Assembly (NCBI GenBank): GCA_040954595.2
Contig: CM082593.2
Coordinates: 6,208,172 to 6,272,171, forward strand
Reading direction: 5' to 3'
Length of the DNA stretch: 64,000 bases
DNA from: Balanoglossus misakiensis
Taxonomy: Eukaryota; Animalia; Hemichordata
Shown piece by piece: positions 15,001 to 24,700 of the stretch. Each line of letters opens with the position of its first letter. Position 1 is the first letter of the stretch. A program made the position numbers and the translations under genes. Under the pieces are notes generated by a model, which had not been told where the DNA came from, searched no databases, and was given only the letters and a program-made list of their open reading frames with translations.

Positions 15001-15025
15001 GGAAATTCTGAAGTCACTTTCGTGA
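28..15025 (+). CDS. PTPN13: Protein tyrosine phosphatase non-receptor type 13 (FERM - 6x PDZ - PTP); 5' part (expected KIND domain) lies outside the window
   Basis: 33 phase-consistent GT-AG exons: 28-115, 414-1349, 1575-1792, 1919-1993, 2141-2315, 2936-3095, 3228-3516, 3779-3964, 4298-4371, 4576-4667, 4891-5143, 5388-5530, 5850-6008, 6129-6362, 6698-7293, 7576-7669, 7972-8595, 8935-9146, 9442-9531, 9691-9996, 10317-10472, 10714-11093, 11268-11682, 11793-11960, 12169-12260, 12478-12557, 12711-13138, 13325-13415, 13559-13767, 13878-14012, 14161-14376, 14531-14593, 14969-15025 (TGA). PTPN13-diagnostic peptides: FFGPEFV, pre-FERM/FERM VVLLNGQRL and HQYYLQLRKDILE, PDZ2 GGVNTSVKHGGIY, PDZ4 QDPAKSDGRL. 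PTP motifs: KNRYRNVLP, YINASH, WPDHG, HCSAGIGRTG, QRQGMIQTKDQYIFCY. Confidence 0.95.
1380..1471 (+). mobile_element. ~90-bp piggyBac-type MITE copy
   Basis: (T)AACCCTTTCAC...catggtttggtccaaatccattgttttctatggtaaggttggacctct...GAAAGAGTTAA; same family as the other copies. Confidence 0.75.
2141..4667 (+). other. PTPN13: FERM domain exons of PTPN13
   Basis: RKRVTVVLLNGQRL...FGLAY, LFFRVKFY, LASLALQAEMGDY, YGIHFHKV, WLGVCTRGI, FSSAQHKFH. Confidence 0.9.
9175..9265 (+). mobile_element. ~90-bp piggyBac-type MITE copy
   Basis: ccctttcaccaccatggtttgaccc..ttggacctctacagagg..tgaaagggt. Confidence 0.7.
10127..10220 (+). mobile_element. ~90-bp piggyBac-type MITE copy
   Basis: accttttcaccaccatggttgagtccaaacccatt..ttggacctct..gtgaaagggtta. 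Confidence 0.75.
13325..15025 (+). other. PTPN13: Classical PTP catalytic domain exons with intact catalytic Cys/Arg, WPD and Q loops
   Basis: NKDKNRYRNVLP, YIACQGPL, DFWQMIWE, KCHRYWP, WPDHG, VHCSAGIGRTG, QTKDQY. Confidence 0.95.
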
Positions 15026-16162
15026 CAACAACACTGTGATGCTTGTCTAACCACACAGTACGTCCAGCAAGTGCAGTTTTGTTTGAACCAAAATAAGCTG
15101 TACAGCTGCTGAGTAGTTGCGATGTGAACATACAAGAATGTTGCTATTATAGGTCATATTTGGCTCGAGGAGTATCAAAACACTTCCATGTATAGAGAGA
15201 AAAACGGTGATTATGCAAGAGTTTGGACAACTGTACATTATCTCATTTTTGAGCTCCAAGTGACTACCATGCTCTTGTGTTAACTTTGCAGGGAAATTTA
15301 AACACGTTGTCTTGTTTATGATTTTATGATAGTGACAATTGTTGAATTCCTGTTCCAGAAAGTGCTCTATAGACAAGACTGTTGTATCAGTGCTCGATAC
15401 ACTAGGGACTAGGATGTTTCTGTAAAACTTGATTCAGTCTTTGGTTGGAGGCTTTCATAACATTGGCCAATTTTTTGGAGTTTATGATTTTCAATTTGAT
15501 GAAGTTGGAAAGTTGAAGCTGTTATTTTTTTTCCAGTTTGCAATAATTGTAATGATAAAGTGTTATTTAGAAATTGATGAGTAGATGTAGCTGAAAGTGT
15601 ATAGCAGAGAATTTTTTCTCATGTGATACAACTATGCCATGTTAACATATAACCTTGAATTTTGATGTAAATATGTATATTGTATTTTAAAGTGGGGAAT
15701 GGTAGATCTCGGAATCTCAACAGATTTATCAAAAAGTTAATACAAATGCCAACAAATTTTAATTGCCATGGCAACTATAAACTAGAAGTAACAACTGAGA
15801 TGCAATCAAACATTTGAGAAATACGAATTAGTCTGTTAGCAATAATTTTTTTATCTGGGATTTCAGAACTATGAGACCTTGATTTCTTGAATCTGTACAA
15901 AAAAGGAAAGGAAATCTTTATTTTTCTATTCTCAGAGGGGTGAGAGGTATACGGAAATAAGCTCATCCAGATTTGTTGTAATTCATTCGTATTTGACTTT
16001 TAGTCTTGTAGTAGTGTTCAGTGTTAAGTTCATGAGTCTTAAACTCTAAGGGAGAAAAAGGTATTTCAACTGACTTCACTTTCCAAAAGAGACTCAATTT
16101 TTTTAAGCAGGCCAAACTGTTTATTGTGAATGAGATCAAATGTGTTAACACATTTGCGTTAT

Positions 16163-16255
16163 TTAACCCTTTGACCACAATGGTTCAGTCCAAATCCATT
16201 GTTTTCTGCAGTAAGAATGGACCTCTACAGAGGAAACTGGGGGTAAAGGGGTTAA
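16163..16255 (+). mobile_element. ~90-bp piggyBac-type MITE copy with TTAA on both sides
   Basis: TTAA-CCCTTTGACC...GGTAAAGGGG-TTAA. Confidence 0.8.
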
Positions 16256-17234
16256 ATGTTAGAAAACTGGCATTAATTTAAATATATGAGTTAGCTGCCC
16301 TTATCTTAGCAGCAAACATGTTTTGCATGCATTTTGTATTTATCCTTTTAATAGAATGTATTATTTTAGTTTAAATTACCTAAGTTAGTTCAGAATATGT
16401 TATTCAGTATTGTTATATTTTTTCTCGCCTATAGACAAATCAATTTCTGTACTTTATATCTCTACATGTCAAAGTTCATAACTACTGTTTTAATTTTGTA
16501 TAAAAATATTCCCAAAACCAAAGCCTACATATATGTATGCCAAACCATCCATTTTGAAGTAGATATCCTGCCATCCAATATTTTATCGTTAACCATCCCA
16601 TATTTATTTCAAGCGTGCTTTCCCATAATATTATAACCCTGCCTGATATAACCATGTTTACTGTAACAGTTTTATTTAATGAAATTATAATATATATTTA
16701 TTTGCATTATTCTAAATACCGTCCCTCAAAAAAACTCTTTTCTCGACTGCTAAGAATGGACATGTGTGTGGATATTTAATCGAAAGACACATCTATGTAA
16801 TACATTGGAAAGGAAAGATAAGCTTTTCCCAGAAGTCATTGCAACTTATCAGAAAACATCAGTGCTGTTGTTTGTAGGACTTTCCTCCAACCATGTCTGT
16901 ACTCACTCAATGGTATGAGGGAATTTGAAAAAGTTTTACCTCATTTGCATAAAGTGTACATGGAACCTTGTTTTGTTGCACTGAATTATGGGAAGGTACT
17001 TTTTCTTTTCTCTGTATGACATCAACTGAACAAATAAAACAATTATAAAATACTTTTTTGACCAGGAAACTGCATGTGTCCCAGCAAGATCCTTATTTAT
17101 CAAAACCCAGACACAGTTCATCAAATCAAATTTGATTAAGAACCCATATATTTATCATGGTCATCATTGTGTGTTTTATTTAAACTATTTTATTTGCATG
17201 AAGTCTAATTGTTTTGTTTTTAATTTCACAATAA

Positions 17235-17468
17235 ACTACAATTCATACAACTATACTGATTCTCTGATGCATTGAATTATATCCCCAATGAAAGCATTCA
17301 GTCAAAGTTTGTCTCTACATTGGAAAAAATCTTCAAATCAAAGAAAATCTGACTACAAAACACAACTGTACCAACTCCCTGATGCATTGAATTATATCCC
17401 CAATGAAAGCATTCAGTCAAAGTTTGTCTCTACATTAGAAAAATATCTTCAAACAAAAGAAAATCTGA
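17235..17468. repeat. Local tandem duplication, period ~115 bp
   Basis: ctgatgcattgaattatatccccaatgaaagcattcagtcaaagtttgtctctacatt occurs at 17264 and 17379. Confidence 0.9.
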
Positions 17469-17824
17469 TTTTGTTGCCTGCTTTTCAGGATTTTGAGTGA
17501 GTGTGAAGCAGAAGTATGGCCTTACTCTCGCAGAAAAAGGACAAGGTTGAATATGAAAGGAAAGTTTGGGAATTTCCAACAATTCCTATGAAAGTAATCC
17601 CCCTATTATATACTGCAAGAAAGACCTACCCACATTGCATGGATCAAACAAAGTGATTCAGCTAGATATGTGTACTGCTGACAATAATATTGAAATTTAC
17701 GTAAAAACAAAACTTGAACTCATCTGATAATCAGTGACTTTATTATTTTTCTCTTATGGTGTCTGCAAAAAATATGTAGTGAGTACAACACATGAGAATC
17801 ATTCTGACGCTTTTGTCTTGTACT

Positions 17825-19875
17825 TCAGTAAAACCCATCTAATTTGTACCAGTTCGTGCTGCCATTCATCTCACTATCAGTGCACTCATTTGTTAAATCC
17901 CATTTTACCTGTACACATTTATATCTCATTCCTCTTATTACTCTTCCTGTTCCTGGTGGATCTCCATCCTGAAAAATATGATGCAATTATTAAATACCAT
18001 TTGTTATACTCTAAACTAGATCAGAAATATCAGACACAGATGGAACATTTGGTGTATCTATATTCACATGAATGATGTTGGCTGGAAAGTTTGAGACATA
18101 AGCTGTGAGTTAACGGCAGCAAACATGATAATAATAAAGAAAATGGTCATTTAATATCATATGGCATAATAAAAATGAACACATATTTCACCTTATTTCC
18201 TTGATCCCAATCTGGTCCCCGAACAACTACAGTTCCAACTTGCATTTCGGCAGCCATGTTTGCACCTTCAACAATAAAATCATGTGTGCTACCCATTAAA
18301 TCTGTGATTGTCTATTTTCCATGACAACAGTCAGTGGTTAAATTTGCATACTAGGTATTAAACTGTACCTTCAAGACATAACTCCAGTTTGAAAGCTAGT
18401 GAAAGTGAACAATATGAGTACTGCAGTGTAAACCCAAAGATATAACACCCGCCCTCACCGAGTTCTGTTTTATTTGAAGTTTTTGCAACGTGCCTCTGTG
18501 ACTTACCTGACATAACATGAATGGCAAATGGGGATCCGGAAATCTGATTATTGCCAACACATAACACCAGATTATAGATGCCTTCTTGATCTTCGCGAAA
18601 TGTGAAATGGTAACCGTTGGAAACATGTTTTGCTGATAATTGTTTAGTTGATCCATTTGGACTTGTAACTTTCGCTTCAAGTTTAACCTGGCCTTGTACA
18701 TTTATTTCCACACTTTCTCCAGTGATGGCAAATTTGGGGATTCTAGATCGTGTCACCTCCACTCGGACAATACCAAGAATCTCCTCTCTATCAATGATCT
18801 CAGTGTTTGGCTTAAACGTGACTTGCATTTCAGACGCACAGCGTATGGTTGTGGTTCGCAACATTTCATCAATGCGTCCAGTCGTTTGCTTGTGTAGGGC
18901 TACTATTTCATTGTCACCATAGTTAATCAGGACATTAATAAAGTCACAGACACTTGAAATATTCTTCTCTGCTATTTCGTATTGATCGATTTCGCATTCC
19001 AGATGCTTCTTCTCAGTATCATGGCATGCCTTCAGACTTTCGACCAACTTTTCCTCGTCTTTTCTAAGTTTCACGATGGCTTCTTCTGTGTGAGTTTTGA
19101 TCTTTTTCAAATCTTGTTGGTGACGGTCAAGAGCATCAGATAACTCTTTCGTAACCACTTCGACGCTCTCACGAGCCTCTGCTTCTTTAATTCGGAGTTT
19201 TTCCAATGGATCCTGTAAAGTCTTGATGAAATCCGCAGTAAAATCTTTAAGAGATTTATGTTGATGGTCAGGTCCCGGTCTGTGGTCAAGGACCAGGCAT
19301 TCAAGACAGATTGGCTTTTCGCAGGAGTCACAGTAAATCTTCACAACATTTTCTTCGTGAGTTTCACAGAACATCGGCAGACGGTACGAGGATACCTTGT
19401 CAACTCTTTCAGTTTCGCTCCCTTCGTCATCCAGCCCCATCAACCTATGTCCCCTGTTGATGCTGATCTTCGCGTGACCTTTGACACACTTCTGACAGAG
19501 ATTAATTTGACAGTCAGCGCACCTCTTTTCTGCAACCCCCTCTTCGCAAAAATCGCACCTGACCCCTTCAGATTTGCTCGCTGATTGAGATTTGCACGCT
19601 TTCACGTACTCTACCAAACCGTTGATGAGGAAATTTGAGCCCATGAGAGCCACGGTCGTCTCACCCGGAAGTTTGATGTCCTGTCGACACTCCGGACATT
19701 TTGGGATTCCTGAACTTTTCTTCACTAGCGTTGCCAAACATCCCTCGCAGAAAGAATGTAGGCACTGTAAAGTCTTGGCATTTTTGTAGTACTCTTGGCA
19801 AAGACTACAGGTCAAAAAATCCTCGGCAAGTTTTCCCAAATGATCACCACCGAGTGACGAACTAGCTGCAGCCAT
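17825..19875 (-). CDS. TRIM/RBCC E3 ubiquitin ligase: RING - B-box1 - B-box2 - coiled coil - filamin-like repeat - MIB/HERC2-like domain (~528 aa, 3 exons)
   Basis: Exon 1 is 19875-18507: RING CSLC..CLHSFCEGC..CPEC; B1 CDFC..CADC..LCQKC..H..H; B2 CETH..CDSC..CLEC..H..H; filamin-like VTSPNG..GIYNLVLCVGNNQISGSPF. It ends at a perfect TCAG|GTAAGT donor. Exon 2 is 18265-18192 (ANMAAEMQVGTVVVRGPDWDQGNK). Exon 3 is 17968-17825 (DGDPPGTGRVIRG..VQVKWD..WYKLDGFY*). Phases 1/0 fit. Confidence 0.85.
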
Positions 19876-20142
19876 GTTCGTATATTTTATCCTCTTTCGT
19901 TTTGGTTTTCTCAGAAACGTGGGTCACTGACGTCATAACTGTGCTTCATTTTCATTGGACGATTTCGCCAGAGTTGGAAATTTATGTATAGAGAGTGTAT
20001 TTCAAAACATCTAATCATGATTTAGCTGGAAAATACTCACTTTTCAACAACGACAAAATTTGGGCGTTTGGAAGGACGAGGAAGTGCTTTTCTGGTCTGG
20101 TCCGACCCCTGCCCCACTTTTTGCCGCTGGCTGCGCTGTGCC

Positions 20143-20212
20143 TAGTCTCGGTTACCCAGAAGCCTTTGCTTCTTCCGATGCTTCTTCAAAGGCGTCTGGC
20201 TAACCGAGACTA
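20143..20212. repeat. 70-bp hairpin / TA-bounded mini inverted-repeat element
   Basis: TAGTCTCGGTTA-c-CCAGA..GCCTTTG ... CAAAGGC..TCTGG-c-TAACCGAGACTA. Confidence 0.8.
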
Positions 20213-21579
20213 CGCTGTGCCGTGATTGGTCGGCTGGACTCGAGCAGCAGTCATTTAATAGGCACAGGCATTTCAAATTTCTTTGAGAATAAAAAAAAGG
20301 TCTCACTGGAACATTCACATTACTGGACTCACTGGTTGCCTGGCCAGTAATGACGACTTCACCGCCAATAGTGTCAACTGTGTCACTAGTTTACAAAAAC
20401 TATGACATTACAACTATCTAGACTATAGTCCACATACTTTTTTCTAAAGCACAGAAATTCAAACTTCAAGCAAACATCGAAACCACACTACAAATGAGAT
20501 TATTGTTTTGTTATGAATGTTTAATATATATCATAAAATAAAACAAAAGGCACAGTAATAAAATATAGAAATAGAAAACGAAAAATACAACTGTCTATCA
20601 AAACATAAATTAAGGTTGTTTTCTTCATGTTTTGTAAATAAAATAATACTGTTTAATAATCATAAATAAAAAAGTGAACATTCCGTAATACTGCTAATTA
20701 CAATCAGACATCTGTATTGTCTCTTCAGGAGACATTAAGAGACTGGTAGATTACATTGGATGACATTTTTTGAGAAATAAAAAAAATGGACGCAGGATAA
20801 TTGATATCGTCAAGGCTACCTCCACTATCATCATCAACAATGCCACAAGGACACTGATTATTATGAATTTTTCAATTCATGATGTCACCCAATTTCAACG
20901 GCTCAATAATGACCCCCCACTCTTTAAACAAACAACCCCAGCAATTATTCTGTTTCGGCCATTTTTTAAACTTATAATCCAGTTCGAGTGAATATAAAAA
21001 TACAAGCTTTCACGTAAAATTAGATAAAGATTGAAAATATTGGCACTTGTTAAATATATTTCAGTAAAGCTATGGGACAAAAAGCTGAGTAATATTCTGT
21101 TAAAATTTAGCACACGTTTCCTTTATGTCCCTGTGTAAGAACTGACAATTTTTTAAACATGTTAAAAGATGTTGGCAAGAACCTGTTTGTATTGTTTCTT
21201 TACATAGAATATAGACCTCCCTCTGGAGTCTGTGCATAGAATTAGAAGTAATATCAATGGCAGTGTATTTCATCATAAGTAACAATATGCAGATCAGTTG
21301 GACAATGTTAACACTACTGCTTGTCAAATCGATTAATATACATGCATATATCTTTGACTGCAAAAGTAAAAAATAAGACTACTTGGAAATACAAAAAGAT
21401 AGTTACAAATTTATAATAAACATGATTATTCAAATAAAAAAAAAACATTAACTGTATCACAAGGCTTTCTGAGAGTTCCTGTATAAAAAATAATAACTTT
21501 GAAGAAACTGGCCGTTTTAGTTGGAAAAACCACAGACCACAACTATGGAATGAATCACTTCCCAACACTGAGCTGTCAT

Positions 21580-21672
21580 CACCCCTTTCACCCTATTGTT
21601 TGGGCTCACCCCATTGTTTCCTACCATGTGGACGGAACCATATACAACAAACGGGGGGAGACAAAAACTTAA
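21580..21672 (+). mobile_element. Degenerate MITE copy in the 3' UTR of the FZ-EGF gene
   Basis: cccctttcaccctattgtttgggctcaccccattgtttcctac..ggggg. Confidence 0.45.
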
Positions 21673-21711
21673 CACTGATAAAAAATCTCCAGTATGAAAA
21701 CTATCAACAGT

Positions 21712-24700
21712 TTAAAATTTATCCGTTTTTATTCTATCAATGACGGTATCCTCTTGACTCGGAAAATGGAACGAGTCATAAGACGGGTTGTCAATGGCAA
21801 CAGGGCTTTGACCTTTAACCTTCCCAGAATCACTCGTGGGTGACGAGGGTTCAACCGGTTCACAGTAAGGCACGGGATCATGTACTTCATCCGATTCAGC
21901 AAATTTATTTTCCGCGACTTCATTTGATTCCTCTTGGTATGGCTCATTATAGAAGTTACTTGTTTTGCTTTCGTCTGGGTTGATGCTATCGTCCTGAAAT
22001 GTTGATGGAATATAGAGAGTGTGAGAGGTTTCCCATTAAAAGAGAGATGATCAGATTTTGTTTATAGGGGAAGGGACAATACTGGAAAGAATGAATGACA
22101 GAAAACATGGTCCAGTTAAATTTGAATCCAACTGATTGAAAGTATGAGCCAGTACACTATCCAGATTTCTAAAGATGTGTGTCTCAACTTATTTATTGGT
22201 AAACAAGATTTCCTTATAGGATTTGAACTCGGACGTAATCCCTGCACATTCAAATTCAGAATGTGCTTGACAGCCTGATGACAGGGTGGGCCTGCTGATG
22301 ACCAAGGGTCAAAGGTCGAAACCTACCGCGTTGATTTGTTTGAAGGAGTCTGCTTCGTTTCGTGTCATAGTCACATCATCGTAGGCTGGGTTTGTAAAAA
22401 CCGCCGAGTCAGGACGGCCGGAGAAATAATGTGTCTTGTGCGTCACATGTTTCCTGCAAAGAGAAAGAGCCTCTTGAATGTAAAGATGTGTGCAATTGAA
22501 AATGCCTTTAGAACATTTTCCTGTAGTCTTATAGTAATACATCTAACCACCTGTACATCTCAAATATTAATTTGGTGTTTGAACTTTCTACATTGACAAA
22601 TTTGATAAGATTTGATTTCAGGATGTAGCCCCAGGAATTTTTCATATTTGATACAAGTGTATTAAAAATACATAACTATCTGTATAACAAAGTCATTAGA
22701 ATACACACCTGCAGATGATGATTAGAACAATGATGATAGCCAACACCACCAAACAAGCTATCGCTATGCCAATGCCGATGGCCAGGCTGCGTCTTTTCTC
22801 TGCTTTTTCTGTCGGATGAAAAGATATCAAAATATGTAGCGAGACATTTATATTTATCATGATGGCAATATAGCATTTCAGAAACTAGCTATGGTGACAC
22901 TGTATCCTTTCACCCCCATTTCCCTGTAGGGAGGTCCAACCTTGCCACTGAGAACAATGGAGTTTGACCAAACCATTCTGGTGAAAGGGTTCACTTGAAC
23001 ATCCGAAGTAATACCCACTTCTACGACAAAGGTGGACATGAGATCTAGCCAGGTTGTCCATGGGAGTACTATAACCTAATTGTTTGACTGCAACACTTAC
23101 CTAATCGACTCCTTTCAGACTTTGTCAGTACTTTCTCCTCGCACCTCTTCCCTGTGAAGTTTCCATGGCAACTGTTACAGGAGAAACAATTGCAGTGTTT
23201 GCAACAGTTTAGATTAAAATCAAGATAGGGCTAATGAAAAAGTTGACTCAATCAATTTTCCCTGATTTTCAAAGATTGCATTTCTTTCAAAGAGTGGATG
23301 AGCAGTCCAAGAAGTTTCAGAGTCTATGAACCCTGAACGAACACGATACCATATCATACTCATAATTGTCACATAATCTCAGCCTGCAGTGAATGTCTCG
23401 TAGAAAGAAACCAGCATTTACTCACATGCACTGTTGTTCTGGCGTTCCGTCCACGGTGACTTGGAAACAGGTGCCACCATTCATGCAATAAGCATCAGGA
23501 GATGCGTCGTCCTCACAACGGATGTGTCCCCTCCGACTCGTGTCTTCTCTGGTGGGCTCGACGGTGTCCTGGGTGTCTGTACTCACTGCGGTCGTGTCAT
23601 CTTCTTCTGTCACACTCCCTGTGTGTAAACAGTGAAGAGAGGTCAAACGGTGATCCACAAGACACAAACAACAGAGGTGATAGTAAACCTGAAACTAGAG
23701 TAATACTATACTATATATGACAAAAATTGACCAGAAAGTTTGTCCATGAACTCACGGCTTTAATAGTTAAGTGGTGATTTAAAATCATGCCTGTCTTGTC
23801 AGGAATTGTCGATAAGCATGTATGACAGCTAAGTATGAAAGAATAAGAAAAGATGTTGGTTTGAGAGAGATGGCTCTACCTTTCGTAGTTACAATGCGGG
23901 GAGAAGATGTCGATATCGTCGAAGGCGAAACTGTTTCAAGCAGAGGAGGTAGTGTTGCTAGCGACGGGGAAGAAAAGCACTCGTCGGAATTATCCGGAAG
24001 GCTGGAACAGTCGAGTTCCTCCGGCCAGGAAAGACCCTCCTCCAGAAAAGACGCCAAGCAGTTGTCACGCGCCGTCTGACAGAATGTACGACAGGGAGGC
24101 AGCACGTTGCCTCTGTCGCAGGGCGGCACGAAGGCAGAGCAGAGCAAGAGATGCAGATTACGGTCGCACGGAGAAGACAGCATAGGGGAATACAACGCCA
24201 GGAAAATCTCAGCTTCTGATTGAGACGAGTGGCCGGCAAAGTTGGGGAAACCGGTCAGTGAGTAGGGAAGATCTTGACACTGTGGAATGTGTATAGCTTC
24301 GCAGAAAACTGGAAAAATAAAGCGAAAATAATAACAGAAAAAAAAAATTAAAAGTGCATGGTTTGATTTGCTGTGCAGATTAACTCTTCTGCCAGAGAAT
24401 TGTGTTATTTATTTTATTTGGAAAAGTTTTTCGCAGACATCAGGAAAGCTGGTTGCAACAGACCCCTACCCCGACACAGCTTGGTTCGAACCTGATGACG
24501 TCATATGCTTGGTTGGAGTCATCTACTTTAAATAGGGGTGCAACCCACTGTAAAATGATGTATGACTGACCTGTGCAAACTGGTACTGGATGACTCCAAG
24601 CGCCATTATTGCAAGTGACAATGTGCGCGCCAGCTAGCATATATCCTCTGTCGCAATCAAACGCTACAGTAGTGTAGGCTCTGTAGTTGGGTGTCCCAGT

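Noticed and set aside
18358-18506. C-terminus of the 505-aa ORF as the true TRIM end
   Set aside because: It follows a perfect GTAAGT donor, and the spliced alternative gives a recognisable domain. It is most likely intron read-through.
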